Shown: positions 1 through 10,593 of the stretch, piece after piece
Layout: each line of letters begins with the position of its first letter
How positions within the stretch are numbered: the first letter of the stretch is position 1
Source: Caulobacter sp.
Lineage (GTDB): Bacteria > Pseudomonadota > Alphaproteobacteria > Caulobacterales > Caulobacteraceae
Direction of reading: 5' to 3'
Assembly: GCF_035254145.1 (NCBI RefSeq)
Contig: NZ_DATFAV010000215.1
Span: 1,229-65,228, forward strand
Length of the DNA: 64,000 nucleotides
Translations under genes and position numbers: made by a program
The notes under the pieces: model-generated
Told to the model about the DNA's origin: nothing
Databases searched by the model: none
Seen by the model: the letters and a program-made list of their open reading frames with translations, nothing else

Positions 1-230
1 AGCTGCTCGTCCTTGGCGCCCAGCAGGAACACGTCCAGGCCGCCCTTGAAGTCCAGGGTGCGCAGGGCGGCGTTGCTGATGCGCAGCTTGAAGCTCTGGC
101 CCAGCGACTCCGACTGGAGCGTGGCGGGCGACAGAGCCGGCAGGAAGCGGCGCTTGGTCTTGATGTTCGAGTGGCTCACATTGTGGCCGACCATCGGACC
201 GATACCGGTAAGTTCGCAACGGCGCGACAT
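1..230 (-). CDS. rpmB: 50S ribosomal protein L28 (3' end runs off window)
   Basis: Reverse strand from CAT at 228-230 reads [31 protein letters not shown]..., the classic L28 N-terminus. Confidence 0.95.
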   Translation of the reverse strand, partial: MSRRCELTGIGPMVGHNVSHSNIKTKRRFLPALSPATLQSESLGQSFKLRISNAALRTLDFKGGLDVFLLGAKDEQ

Positions 231-483
231 GGTGGTTACCTTGGCTTGGGCGAAGCCACCTGACCCGTAAGAGCCCGGCCCCGCTAAGATATGAATTCGG
301 ACGCACGATCCGAAGAGGTCGGCCGCGCGAGAGCGGGCGATATAGGCGAAGGCCCGCCCCCGAGTCAAGGCTGTCTGGCCATCGCCGTTCGCGGTCGCGA
401 AGGAACCAAGCGCCTCGCGGCCGCCTTCAAGCACGGTTCATCCGGCTCTCTATATATGGAGCCGCATGAAGGAGACCCGTCGT

Positions 484-939
484 ATGCGTCCACTCGCCCT
501 CGCCGCTTCCGCCCTGGCCCTTGCCGTCGCCCTCCCGCTGGCCGCCAGCCAGGCCCGTCCAACCGCGGCCGCGTCGGCGCGCACGATCCTGCCGGGTCAC
601 TGGGAGTACGACTACCGGATCGGCCCGATCCCGGCCGGCGGCGAAAGCAAGTGCCTCAAGCCCGCCGACGTCGAGCAGTTCTCGCGCGGCATCTGCACCC
701 GCAAGTACCGCTGCGACTACACCACCAACGTCGTTTCCAACGGCAAGATTCGGCTGAAGGGCACCTGGACCGACAAGAAGGACCGCGTGGCCCCGGTGAC
801 GGCCGACGGCGCCTACACGCCCGAGAGCTTCAAGCTGAACATCCACATGAAGACCATCAACGGCCTGCCCCTGGCCGGGGTGATGACCGCCAAGCGCGTG
901 TCGGCCGAATGTCCGGCCGAGCTGACCGCGTCGAAATAG
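484..939 (+). CDS. Secreted hypothetical protein, DUF3617-like
   Basis: Signal peptide MRPLALAASALALAVALPLAASQA; PGHWEY motif and paired Cys; ATG at 484 in the frame of ORF 466..939. Confidence 0.6.
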   Translation: MRPLALAASALALAVALPLAASQARPTAAASARTILPGHWEYDYRIGPIPAGGESKCLKPADVEQFSRGICTRKYRCDYTTNVVSNGKIRLKGTWTDKKDRVAPVTADGAYTPESFKLNIHMKTINGLPLAGVMTAKRVSAECPAELTASK

Positions 940-1097
940 CCGCCGCGCGTTCCGTCCATTTGTGGTTAACGCGTTTTGAGCTACAATAGCTTGTAGGGAA
1001 CAAAAACTGAATCGGCGAACGTCGCTGATTCGGTCATGATTCGTTTCGCCCCTGTTCGGATAAGCGTTAGCGCGCGTTAAGGGGTGCGGCGGAGCCC

Positions 1098-1673
1098 CTA
1101 TCCCCCGCGCGGCGGGGCGACGGAAAACTCCAGGTCGAACAGGGTCGGGACCGCGTTGGTCCGCGCTCGCTCCAAGGTCAGCAGCCGCGCCTTGGTCTCC
1201 GCGCCGCCCGGCGCGGAGAAACCGCCCATGCCGCCGGAAGACGCCAGCACCCGGTGGCAGGGAACCACGATCGGCCAGGGGTTCTCGCCCAGCGCCTTGC
1301 CCACCGCGCGCGCCGCGCCGGGCTCGCCCATGGCCCTGGCCACCTCGCCATAGGTCGAGGTCTCGCCCGGGGCGATGGCGCGGGCGATCTCATAGACCCG
1401 CAGGTTGAAGGCCGGCTGGCCGTCGAGGTCGAGGACCACGTCGGCCAGATCGTCCCGGCCGCCGGCCAGCAGATCCTGGATCCGCCCGATGACCGCCTCG
1501 ACTTCCGGCGGGGGGTCCATTTCGATCGTTCCGGGAAAGCGGCGGCGCAGTCGCGCCCAGGCCGCGCCCGGCGAGCTTTCCGGCAACTGCACGCCGATCA
1601 GGCCGCGTTCGCCCCAGGCGAGGCCGCAGCGACCGATGGATGCGTCGAAAAGGGCGAAACCCTGGGCGGTCAT
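1098..1673 (-). CDS. ogt: Methylated-DNA--protein-cysteine methyltransferase
   Basis: Active-site PCHRV plus TYGEVA..ARAVG HTH motif. Confidence 0.92.
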   Translation of the reverse strand: MTAQGFALFDASIGRCGLAWGERGLIGVQLPESSPGAAWARLRRRFPGTIEMDPPPEVEAVIGRIQDLLAGGRDDLADVVLDLDGQPAFNLRVYEIARAIAPGETSTYGEVARAMGEPGAARAVGKALGENPWPIVVPCHRVLASSGGMGGFSAPGGAETKARLLTLERARTNAVPTLFDLEFSVAPPRGG

Positions 1674-1751
1674 GTCGAAAAAATAGCAGGCCTGTTGCCG
1701 CTGACGAGGGGTCGCCCTTACGATTTCCGGAACTTGCTCTGGAGATCACCC

Positions 1752-3386
1752 TTGCGCCGCCTCGTTCTGACCGCCTTGCTGGCCGCCACGGCTCCCCTCG
1801 CGACGGCGAAGGCCGGCGACCTGCTGATCCACGGCGGCCCTATCCATACAGGGGTCGAGGCCGCGCCGACCGCCCAGGCGGTGCTGATCCGCGACGACAA
1901 GATCCTGTTCGTCGGCGATCTGGCCGCCGCCAAGGCCAAGGCGGCCAAGGGTGTCCGCGACATCGACCTGAAGGGCGCGGCGGCCTATCCGGGCTTCGTC
2001 GACGCCCACGCCCATCTGACGGGGATCGGCCTGCGCGAGCTGACCCTGAACCTCGACCAGGTGAAGTCCGTCGCCGAACTGGCCGCGGCCGTGAAAACCT
2101 ACGCCGCCGCCCATCCCGAGGGCGCGATCTACGGCCGCGGCTGGATCGAAACCCACTGGCCCGAGAAGCGCTTTCCCAACAGGGCCGACCTGGACGCCGC
2201 CGCGCCGGGGCGGATCGTGGTGCTGGGCCGCTCGGACGGCCACGCCAGCGTCGCCTCCAGCGCCGCCCTCGCCAAGGCGGGGATCACCGCCGCCACCGCC
2301 GCGCCCGCCGGCGGCCAGATCCTGAAGGGCGCGGACGGCCAGCCGGACGGCATGCTGATCGACCACGCCCAGTCGCTGGTGGAGGGCGTCATCCCGCCGC
2401 CCAGCGAAGCGCTTAAGCGGCAGGCCTTGCGCAAGGCCGGCGAACTCTACGCCTCGCGCGGCTGGACGGGCCTCGACAACATGAGCGTCATGGAGGGCGA
2501 CCTGGCCCTGCTGCGCGACGAGGCCGCCAAGGGAGCCTTCCACATCCGCGTCGACAACTACATGGATCCCAGCGGCGCGGCCGAGGTGCTGGCCAAGGGT
2601 CCGTCAACCGACCCGACCGGCCTGATCCGGGTGCGCGGCATCAAGCTCTACATGGACGGCGCCCTGGGTTCGCGCGGCGCGGCCCTGCTCGAACCCTATA
2701 GCGACGCCGAGGGGCTTGGATTGCAGTTGACCCCACGCGACCAGGGTCTGGACCTGATGAAGAAGGCCAAGGCCGTCGGCGCCCAGGTGGCCATGCACGC
2801 CATCGGCGACCGCGGCAACCGCATGACGCTCGACTGGTTCGAAGAGGCGCTCGCGGGCGACACCGCCGCCCGCTGGCGGATCGAGCACTCGCAGATCGTC
2901 GCCGACACCGACGTGCCGCGCTTCGCCAGGCTGGGCGTGATCGCTTCGATGCAGCCCAGCCACGCGATCGGCGACCTCTATTTCGCCCCCGCGCGCCTGG
3001 GCAAGGACCGCCTGCACGAGGGCTATCGCTGGAAGGATTTCCTCGACGCCGGCGTGGTCGTGGCCGCCGGCTCGGACGCCCCCGTCGAGGTGGGTGATCC
3101 GCGCATCGAGTTCTACGCCGCCGTCTATCGCCACTCGCTGGACGGTTTCGCCAACGCCGACTGGCATCTGGAGGAGGCCGTCACCCGCGCCCAGGCCCTG
3201 AAGATGCTGACCCTGGCGCCCGCCTACGCCGTGTTCCGCGAAAAGGAGCTGGGCACGCTGGAGGCCGGCAAGAAGGCCGACGTCACCGCGTTCGACAAGG
3301 ACCTGATGACCGTTGAACCCAAGGACATCCTGACGGCCCAGCCGGTGCTGACCGTGGTGAACGGAAAGGTGGCGTTCGCGCGGTGA
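1752..3386 (+). CDS. Amidohydrolase family 3 (YtcJ-like), secreted
   Basis: PGFVDAHAH, HAIGD, RIEH, GSDAP metal motifs, GTLEAGKKAD tail; TTG start at 1752 after GGAGA with a signal peptide. Confidence 0.88.
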   Translation: MRRLVLTALLAATAPLATAKAGDLLIHGGPIHTGVEAAPTAQAVLIRDDKILFVGDLAAAKAKAAKGVRDIDLKGAAAYPGFVDAHAHLTGIGLRELTLNLDQVKSVAELAAAVKTYAAAHPEGAIYGRGWIETHWPEKRFPNRADLDAAAPGRIVVLGRSDGHASVASSAALAKAGITAATAAPAGGQILKGADGQPDGMLIDHAQSLVEGVIPPPSEALKRQALRKAGELYASRGWTGLDNMSVMEGDLALLRDEAAKGAFHIRVDNYMDPSGAAEVLAKGPSTDPTGLIRVRGIKLYMDGALGSRGAALLEPYSDAEGLGLQLTPRDQGLDLMKKAKAVGAQVAMHAIGDRGNRMTLDWFEEALAGDTAARWRIEHSQIVADTDVPRFARLGVIASMQPSHAIGDLYFAPARLGKDRLHEGYRWKDFLDAGVVVAAGSDAPVEVGDPRIEFYAAVYRHSLDGFANADWHLEEAVTRAQALKMLTLAPAYAVFREKELGTLEAGKKADVTAFDKDLMTVEPKDILTAQPVLTVVNGKVAFAR

Positions 3387-3513
3387 AACGCGTCATCCAC
3401 AGGCGCCGCCCCGGACGTCCACATCTTGCTGGTCGTTAAGGATTCCCACTCACGCTTTGGAAACCAGGCTTTTCAAAAATGGGGACGGATGGGGGCCAAC
3501 CCTAGGGTTAGTC

Positions 3514-3876
3514 ATGGACTTTACTGAAGAGACACACGCGCACGCCCAGGTCTGCGATCACCTGCTCGAAGCCGTCGGCGACAAGACGACCGTCGATGCG
3601 GCCACGATCCGCTCCGACCGGCACTGCAACACCGGCCGTTGGTTGTTCGGCCCCACCCAGCAACGGTGGGCCGGCAATCACACCTACCTCAACTGCGTGG
3701 AAGCGCACCGCGAGTTCCACCAGGCCGCCGGAGAGGTCGCCGAGTTGATCAACCGCGGCGAATACGCCGAGGCCAACCGCCGCCTTCGCAACGGCAGCCG
3801 CCTGGCCATGGCCACCTCCGGCCTGAACACCGCCTTCCGCCGGATGCGGTTGGCGATGGAAGCGGTCACGGCGTAG
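3514..3876 (+). CDS. Stand-alone CZB (chemoreceptor zinc-binding) domain protein
   Basis: N-terminal His, HCNTGRWL (C-x-x-G-x-W) and HREFHQAA motifs; ATG at 3514. Confidence 0.75.
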   Translation: MDFTEETHAHAQVCDHLLEAVGDKTTVDAATIRSDRHCNTGRWLFGPTQQRWAGNHTYLNCVEAHREFHQAAGEVAELINRGEYAEANRRLRNGSRLAMATSGLNTAFRRMRLAMEAVTA

Positions 3877-3953
3877 CCGGCCGTCGGGAGCGCGAGGGGG
3901 GCGCAGGCACGCTGGCGCTTGCCCCCCTTCGATTCCCACCCCACCTTCGGGCC

Positions 3954-6512
3954 ATGAGCGACCGTTCGACGGGCCTTGCCCCCTCCAAGCTCACCGCGGT
4001 CTTGGGACCCACCAACACCGGCAAGACGCACCTGGCCGTCGAGCGGATGCTGGCGCATGCCTCGGGCATGATCGGCCTGCCGCTGCGCCTGTTGGCGCGC
4101 GAGATTTACGACCGCGTGGTCAAGCTGCGCGGCAAAGCAGCCGTCGCGTTGATCACCGGCGAGGAGAAGATCGTCCCGGCGCGGGCGGCCTATTTCGTCT
4201 GCACGGTCGAGGCCATGCCCCTGGCCCGCGAGGTCGAGTTCCTGGCCGTCGACGAGATCCAGCTCTGCGCCGATCCCGAGCGCGGTCACATCTTCACCCA
4301 CCGCCTGCTGCACGCGCGCGGCAAGTTCGAGACCATGTTCCTGGGCGCCGGGACCATGGCGCCGCTGGTGCGCCGCCTGCTGCCGGACGCCGAGATCGTC
4401 TCGCGCGAGCGGTTCTCCAACCTCTCCTACGCCGGCTCCAAGAAGCTGACCCGCCTGCCCCGGCGCACGGCGATCGTCGCCTTCTCCACCGACGCGGTCT
4501 ACGCCATCGCCGAGCTGATCCGCCGGCAGAGGGGCGGGGCGGCCGTGGTCATGGGTAGCTTGAGCCCCCGCACCCGAAACGCCCAGGTCGCGCTCTACCA
4601 GTCCGGCGAAGTCGACTTCCTGGTGGCCACCGACGCGATCGGCATGGGCCTGAACATGGACGTCGACCACGTGGCCTTCGCGGGGCTGCGCAAGTTCGAC
4701 GGCAAGCGCACGCGCTGGCTCTATCCGCAGGAGGTCGGCCAGATCGCCGGCCGCGCGGGTCGCTATACCCGCGACGGCACCTTCGGCGTGACCGGCGACT
4801 GCGAGGAGATCGACGAGGACCTGGTCGAGGCGGTCGAGAGCCACACCTTCGAACCGATCGTCGCCGCCGAATGGCGCAACGCGCGGCTGGACTTCGGCTC
4901 GCTGCCCGGCCTGCTGCGCTCGCTGGCCGAAACGCCCAAGCGCAATGGCCTGTCGCTGTCGCAGGAGGCCCTGGACGAGCGCACCCTGCGGGCCCTGGCC
5001 AAGCAGGAAGACGTGGTCGCCCGCTGCAAGGCCGACCGCTCGGCCCTGCTGCGTCTGTGGGACGTCTGCCAGACGCCGGACTTCCGCAAGACCACCGACG
5101 ACGACCATCAGCGCATGGCGCGCACCCTGTTCGACGACCTGACCACCGGCCGCAAGCGCCTGCCCGAGGATTGGGTGGGCGGCCAGTACAAGGCCCTGGA
5201 CCGCGTCGACGGCGAGATCGACAGCCTGGCCGCGAGGCTGTCGGGCGTTCGCACGCTCAGCTACATCGCCAACCGGCCCGACTGGGTGGCCAATCCCGCT
5301 CACTGGCAGGGGCTGACCCGCCAGCTGGAGGACCGGATCAGCGACACCCTGCACGAAAAGCTGATGGCTCGGTTCATCGACCGACGCACCAGCGTCCTGA
5401 TGAAGCAACTGGGCGAGCGCGAGACGCTGTATGCCGGCGTCGGTCAGGACGGCGAGGTGACGGTCGAGGGCCACGTGGTCGGCCACCTCTCGGGCGTGGC
5501 CTTCACCCCCGCCAAGGCGAGTTCGCCACTGGAAGAAAAGGCCCTGCGCAACGCCGCCCAGCGGGCGGTGGGCCCCGAGATCGCCCGGCGCCTGGGCGTC
5601 CTGGCCAGCGAGGCCGACGACGCCTTCGCCCTCACCCCCGACGGGACGATCCTGTGGCGCGGCGAGGCGGCCGGGGCCGTGCGCCGCGACCTGCCCTTGC
5701 TGTCACCCCGCGCACGTCTGTTGGGCGAGCTTGGCCCCGGCGCGGTGCGCGAGCGCGCCGAGCGGCGGCTGGACGCCTTCCTCGCCTCGGAGGTCGATCG
5801 GCACCTGGCGCCGCTGCGCAAGCTGGAGCGCGCCCTGGCCGGCGGAGAGCTTCGCGGCCTGCCGCGCGGCATCGCCCACCGCCTGCTGGAGGCGGGCGGG
5901 GTGCTGGACAAGCGCCCGGTCGATCCAGAGCTGAAGGCCCTGAGCCAGGCCGAGCGGCGCACGCTGAAGAGCCTGGGCGTCAGGATCGGGGCGTTCAGCC
6001 TCTATTGCCCCGGCGTGTTGAAGGCCGAGGCCGTCGCCTGCGCGCGAGCGCTGAATCCGACCGGCTGGCGCGGGGCGCTGACCACCCTGGAGCCTCTGCC
6101 TTCACCGCCGCCCTCGCCCCGGGAGCTCGCCGCCAGCGGCCTGCGCGCCGTCGCCGGCTTCAGCGTTCCGGTCGAGGCGCTGGAGATTCTGGACGGCCTG
6201 CTGCGCGCGGAGCAGCAGCACGGCGGCGTGGTGTTGACAGACAAGGCGCTGGAGACGCTGGGCTGGACGGCCAAGCAGGCCTCGACCGTGCTGCGGGCGC
6301 TCGACTACACCCCGGCGATCCGGGCCAAGCCCGACCAGCCGATCGTCTGGAAGCGTCGTGGCGCGGCCAAGCTTGACCAGAAGCCGGTCAAGGCGCGCCC
6401 GGATTCGCCGTTCGCGGCGCTCGCCAAACTGACTGAACCGCCGCCTCCGCCGGCGCGCCGCAAGCGTCCCCGCCGCCGCAAACTCGCCGCCCCACGGAAA
6501 GTCGCGTCGTGA
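3954..6512 (+). CDS. Suv3/MgpS-like SF2 ATP-dependent helicase
   Basis: GPTNTGKT, DEIQ and QIAGRAGR motifs; ATG at 3954. Confidence 0.92.
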   Translation: MSDRSTGLAPSKLTAVLGPTNTGKTHLAVERMLAHASGMIGLPLRLLAREIYDRVVKLRGKAAVALITGEEKIVPARAAYFVCTVEAMPLAREVEFLAVDEIQLCADPERGHIFTHRLLHARGKFETMFLGAGTMAPLVRRLLPDAEIVSRERFSNLSYAGSKKLTRLPRRTAIVAFSTDAVYAIAELIRRQRGGAAVVMGSLSPRTRNAQVALYQSGEVDFLVATDAIGMGLNMDVDHVAFAGLRKFDGKRTRWLYPQEVGQIAGRAGRYTRDGTFGVTGDCEEIDEDLVEAVESHTFEPIVAAEWRNARLDFGSLPGLLRSLAETPKRNGLSLSQEALDERTLRALAKQEDVVARCKADRSALLRLWDVCQTPDFRKTTDDDHQRMARTLFDDLTTGRKRLPEDWVGGQYKALDRVDGEIDSLAARLSGVRTLSYIANRPDWVANPAHWQGLTRQLEDRISDTLHEKLMARFIDRRTSVLMKQLGERETLYAGVGQDGEVTVEGHVVGHLSGVAFTPAKASSPLEEKALRNAAQRAVGPEIARRLGVLASEADDAFALTPDGTILWRGEAAGAVRRDLPLLSPRARLLGELGPGAVRERAERRLDAFLASEVDRHLAPLRKLERALAGGELRGLPRGIAHRLLEAGGVLDKRPVDPELKALSQAERRTLKSLGVRIGAFSLYCPGVLKAEAVACARALNPTGWRGALTTLEPLPSPPPSPRELAASGLRAVAGFSVPVEALEILDGLLRAEQQHGGVVLTDKALETLGWTAKQASTVLRALDYTPAIRAKPDQPIVWKRRGAAKLDQKPVKARPDSPFAALAKLTEPPPPPARRKRPRRRKLAAPRKVAS

Positions 6513-6883
6513 GCGAGGCGACGCCAACTCCCCTGGGCGACGCCGTGCGAGCGGATGTCTGGCTGTGGCGCGCCCGCTTCTTCAAGACCCGCTCGCTGGC
6601 CGCCAGGTTCGTCGATGAAGGCCGCATCCGCCTGACCCGCACCGGCGCCGAGAGTCGGATCGACAAGCCGTCGCGAACGGTCAAGCCGGGCGACGTGCTG
6701 GTGTTCGGCCTGGCCGGCCGGCTGATCGCGGTGCGCGTGCTGGACTGCGGCGAACGCCGTGGCCCGGCCAGCGAGGCAAGGGGGCTGTACGAGGCGGTGG
6801 AGGGTAGCGCCGAAGATCCTCCCCCGCTTGGGGGAGGTGGCCCGGAGGGCCGGAGGGGGCCAGCTGGACATGGGCCGTGTTAG
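6509..6883 (+). CDS. hslR: S4 RNA-binding protein (Hsp15/HslR-like); C-terminus supplied by a repeat element
   Basis: RADVWLWRARFFKTRSLA...KPSRTVKPGD; GTGA overlap with the helicase stop. Confidence 0.82.
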   Translation: MSEATPTPLGDAVRADVWLWRARFFKTRSLAARFVDEGRIRLTRTGAESRIDKPSRTVKPGDVLVFGLAGRLIAVRVLDCGERRGPASEARGLYEAVEGSAEDPPPLGGGGPEGRRGPAGHGPC

Positions 6884-6934
6884 CCCCCTCAGTCGCTCCG
6901 CGACAGCTCCCCCGCATCACGGGGGAGCATCTTC
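6812..6934. repeat. 123-bp palindromic MITE/REP-like intergenic element
   Basis: 15-bp terminal inverted repeats GAAGATCCTCCCCCG / CGGGGGAGCATCTTC (1 mismatch) and internal hairpins. Confidence 0.8.
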
Positions 6935-9011
6935 AGCCCTCGAACCCCTCCAGAAACCCCGCCACCTCGACCGCCGGCATCGGCCGGCCGAAGTGGAAGC
7001 CTTGGATCTGGTCGCAGCCGTGGCGGGCCAGGGCGGCCAGCTGGTCGGGGTCCTCGACGCCTTCGGCGACGACCTTCATGCCCATCGAGGAGCCCAGGGT
7101 GATCACCGCCTTGACGATCGCCTCGTCCTCGACGTTCTGGACGAACGACTTGTCGATCTTCAGCCGGTCGATCGGGAACTGGCGCAGGTTGGCCAGCGAA
7201 GCGTAGCCGGTGCCGAAGTCGTCCAGGGCGATCATCACCCCGGCCTCGTGCAGCCGCCGGACATTGTCGCTGACCAGGTCCGAGCCCCAGCCCATATAGA
7301 CGTTCTCGGTGACCTCGATGGTCAGGCGCTCGCACGGCACGCCCCAGCGCGCCAGTCGTTCCTGGATCTCCTCGGCCAGGCGGCCGCTGCGGAACTGGGC
7401 GGCCGAGATGTTGACCGCCACGCGGCCGAACTCGACGCCCTGGTCCAGCCAGGCGCGCATCTGGCGCAAGGCCTGCTCCAGGGCCAGGTCGCCCAGGCGC
7501 AGCGACAAGTCCTGGTCCTCGAAGGCGACCATGAAATGGGACGGCGCCAGCACGCCCTGCTCGGGGTGGACCCAACGCATCAGGGCCTCGAAGCCGGCGA
7601 CCCGGTTCTCTCGGATATCGACCACCGGCTGGTAGAACAGGATGAACTCGTCGCCCGCCAGGGCCGCGCGGATGTCGCGCAGCAACTCGACGCGCCGCTC
7701 GACCTCCGACCGCATCGACGGCTCGAACACGATGCTGCGATTGCGGCCCGACTCCTTGGCCCGGTAGAGGGCGATGTCGGCGTTCTTGATCATGTGCTCG
7801 GGGTCGGCGTCCGGGTCGCCGTGCAGGGCCGCGCCAATGCTGGCGCTGGCGGTGAAGCTGCGCCCGCCGTGCTCGATGGGACGGCGCAGCAGTTCCTGCA
7901 GGGTCTGGATCGGCCGCATCATGTCGGCCTCGCCGTGCAGGCCGCGCAGGATCACCGCGAACTCATCGCCGCCCAGCCGCGCGACCGTGTCGCCCGAGCG
8001 GAACGCGCGCTGCAGCATGCCCGCCAAGCGCTTGAGCAAGGCGTCACCGGCGTCGTGCCCAAGGGTGTCGTTGATGTCCTTGAAGTGATCGACGTCGATC
8101 ATGATCAGGCCGAACATCTCGCCCAGCGTCTCGGACGCCGTCACCGCCTCCTGGAAGCGATGCTGGAACAGGGCGCGGTTGGGCAGGCCCGTCAGCGGGT
8201 CCTTGAAGGCCAGGGTCTCGATAGCCTCGGTCTGGCGGCGGCGGTCGGTGATGTCCTTGAACAGGTTGACCAGCTTCTCGGGCTGCCCGTCCTTGTCGAC
8301 GAAGACCTTGCCGACGGCGCGGATCCAGGTCTCGACCCCGTCGTCGCGGTTGAGGCGGAACTCGAACACCCGCGCCTCGCCGATCCGCCGCGAGGCGATG
8401 ACGTCGGCGCATTGCTGGCGGTCGTCCGGATGGACGATCTCCAGCGGATCCTCCTTGAACACGCACCACTTCCGCAGGCCGGGCGCGGTGTCGGAGAAGA
8501 ACATCTCGCCGGTGCGCAGGTCGTATTCGCGCACAAGGAGGTCATCCAGCTCCAGCGCCATCTTCAGGCGCTGCTCGTCGCGCTCGGCGCGCAGGACGCT
8601 CTCGGCGTAGCCGGTCACGTCGCGGACAGTGACCATCACCGCATAGAGGCCCTCGTCGTCGCGACAGGCGCTGAATTCGGTGCGCCATACCCGCCGCTCG
8701 CCGTCGTCGGCCAGGGAGGGCAGGTAGCGGGAGAAATCCGCTCCCTCCTGCGCGCAGGCCAGCAGCGCCGCCCGGTCCGCGGGCGCGACCAGCCCGCTGG
8801 CGTCGGCGCCGATCAGGAGAGCGGGCGCGACGGCCTGGGCCGTCCAGGCGCGGCTGACGGCGACCAGGGTCAGGTCGCGATCCAGCAGGGCCGCGGCGAA
8901 CGGCGCCTCGCGCGCGAACGCGCCGAACGCCAGCGCGCGCGCCCTCGCGGAGGCGTGCGCCTGGCTTCCGACCTCGATGCCGTGCGTGACCGCCAAGGCG
9001 TCAATCTTCAT
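6933..9011 (-). CDS. PAS-GGDEF-EAL diguanylate cyclase/phosphodiesterase
   Basis: [14 protein letters not shown]-site, GGDEF, FEALMRW, DDFGTGY and LKIDKSF all intact; PAS/PAC segment upstream. Confidence 0.93.
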   Translation of the reverse strand: MKIDALAVTHGIEVGSQAHASARARALAFGAFAREAPFAAALLDRDLTLVAVSRAWTAQAVAPALLIGADASGLVAPADRAALLACAQEGADFSRYLPSLADDGERRVWRTEFSACRDDEGLYAVMVTVRDVTGYAESVLRAERDEQRLKMALELDDLLVREYDLRTGEMFFSDTAPGLRKWCVFKEDPLEIVHPDDRQQCADVIASRRIGEARVFEFRLNRDDGVETWIRAVGKVFVDKDGQPEKLVNLFKDITDRRRQTEAIETLAFKDPLTGLPNRALFQHRFQEAVTASETLGEMFGLIMIDVDHFKDINDTLGHDAGDALLKRLAGMLQRAFRSGDTVARLGGDEFAVILRGLHGEADMMRPIQTLQELLRRPIEHGGRSFTASASIGAALHGDPDADPEHMIKNADIALYRAKESGRNRSIVFEPSMRSEVERRVELLRDIRAALAGDEFILFYQPVVDIRENRVAGFEALMRWVHPEQGVLAPSHFMVAFEDQDLSLRLGDLALEQALRQMRAWLDQGVEFGRVAVNISAAQFRSGRLAEEIQERLARWGVPCERLTIEVTENVYMGWGSDLVSDNVRRLHEAGVMIALDDFGTGYASLANLRQFPIDRLKIDKSFVQNVEDEAIVKAVITLGSSMGMKVVAEGVEDPDQLAALARHGCDQIQGFHFGRPMPAVEVAGFLEGFEG

Positions 9012-9250
9012 TAAGTCGGCTTTCCGACGTTGTTTTTATTGGACGTTTCAGGGACCGCATACTCGCGGTCGTTCAATAAGAAATGGTTCCCAACCGGCGC
9101 TGGCGGCGTCCAGGCGACTTTGGGGAGCGGGCGCCCTGGCCACGCCATCAGAATTCCTGGACCCCTACGCGATCACGCCGCATTGACAAGCCGGCCCCAG
9201 ACTTCGAAAACGCCCGCGCCTAACTCCGTCCGACCTCATTCGAGTTTTCG

Positions 9251-9592
9251 ATGACCTACATCGTCACCGACGCCTGCGTTCGCTGCAAGTTCATGGACTG
9301 CGTGGAAGTTTGCCCGGTCGATTGCTTCTATGAAGGCGAGAACTTCCTCGTCATCAATCCCGACGAATGCATCGACTGCGGCGTCTGCGAACCGGAGTGC
9401 CCGGTCGACGCCATCAAGCCCGACACCGAGGACGAGGCCGACGGCAAGTGGCTGCGCGTCAACGCCGACTACGCCAAGGTCTGGCCCAACATCACGGTCA
9501 AGGGTGTCCCGCCGGAAGACCGCGAACAGTTCGAGCGCGAGACCGGCAAGTTCGAGAAGTACTTCAGCGAGAAGCCCGGCAAGGGCTCCTGA
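9251..9592 (+). CDS. fdxA: Ferredoxin FdxA (bacterial dicluster ferredoxin)
   Basis: [27 protein letters not shown]...[12 protein letters not shown]. Confidence 0.96.
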   Translation: MTYIVTDACVRCKFMDCVEVCPVDCFYEGENFLVINPDECIDCGVCEPECPVDAIKPDTEDEADGKWLRVNADYAKVWPNITVKGVPPEDREQFERETGKFEKYFSEKPGKGS

Positions 9593-9945
9593 CCCCACCG
9601 CGATTTCTAGAGGCCGAACGCCCGCCGACACGCGAAAGCTTGGCGGCGCGATCCCGCATGCCTGGACGCAACCCTTTCTTCCGGCTGAATTTTATGCTAT
9701 TGTCGCAGTCGACGTGACGGTTGCGGCCCATCGCGACTGTCCGTCTTGTCGAAGTAGCCGGCTCCAGAAGTCAATTTTGGCCGGCTCGCCTGATCCGAAG
9801 GCGAAGGGTGTCTTAGAGGTCTATTCCAAATCCTGACAGGCTTGGCCCCGCGACCAGTATTTCCGCGGAGCGGGAAGCTGTCGCCTTTGGCTTGGAAGTT
9901 AAGACTGTGTTCGGACCCGGCGGGTCCGCATTGATGAGGACGAAC

Positions 9946-10449
9946 ATGAGCAAGAGCGGTCTGGAATTCTCGGTCAGCGACCACGTCGTTTACCCCGCGC
10001 ACGGCGTTGGCACCATTCAGGCGGTCGAGACCCAGGAAGTGGCCGGTATGTCGCTCGAAGTCTACGTCATCACCTTCGACCACGAGAAAATGACCCTCCG
10101 GGTCCCGACCAAGAAGGCCAAGACGGCCGGCCTGCGCCCTCTGGCCGAAGGCGGCACCGTCTCCCAAGCCCTGACCACCCTGAAGGGCCGCGCCCGCGTG
10201 AAGCGCACCATGTGGTCGCGTCGCGCCCAGGAATACGAAGCCAAGATCAACTCGGGCGACCTGATCTCGATCGCCGAGGTGGTCCGCGACCTGCACCGCG
10301 CCGAGAACCAGCCGGAACAATCCTATTCGGAACGCCAGCTGTATGAATCGGCCCTGGACCGCATGGCCCGCGAAGTGGCCGCCATCGAGCGCATCGACCG
10401 CGAAGCCGCGATCGGCATCCTGACCAAGTCGCTGGTCAAGGCCGCCTGA
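9946..10449 (+). CDS. carD: CarD/CdnL family RNA polymerase-binding regulator
   Basis: VVYPAHGVG, MWSRRAQEY, AEVVRDL; ATG at 9946; fdxA-carD synteny. Confidence 0.95.
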   Translation: MSKSGLEFSVSDHVVYPAHGVGTIQAVETQEVAGMSLEVYVITFDHEKMTLRVPTKKAKTAGLRPLAEGGTVSQALTTLKGRARVKRTMWSRRAQEYEAKINSGDLISIAEVVRDLHRAENQPEQSYSERQLYESALDRMAREVAAIERIDREAAIGILTKSLVKAA

Positions 10450-10476
10450 TCCCAATCTTCCGGGTTCGCGGACACG

Positions 10477-10508
10477 AAAACGCCCCTCGCCTCACGAGGG
10501 GCGTTTTT
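10477..10508. terminator. Rho-independent terminator
   Basis: AAAACGCCCCTCG-CCTCA-CGAGGGGCGTTTTT. Confidence 0.85.
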
Positions 10509-10593
10509 ATTTGGCTGGCTGGCCTTGGCGATCCGGGGCGAGCAAGCCCATAAGGAGGCGCGCCGCGTAACCCGTATTCGAGAGTGATCGCCC

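Noticed and set aside
6933-9011. GGDEF-EAL gene as a recent insertion in the helicase-hslR-fdxA-carD cluster
   Set aside because: Host-like codon usage; from memory a similar gene neighbours fdxA in C. crescentus (not verified)
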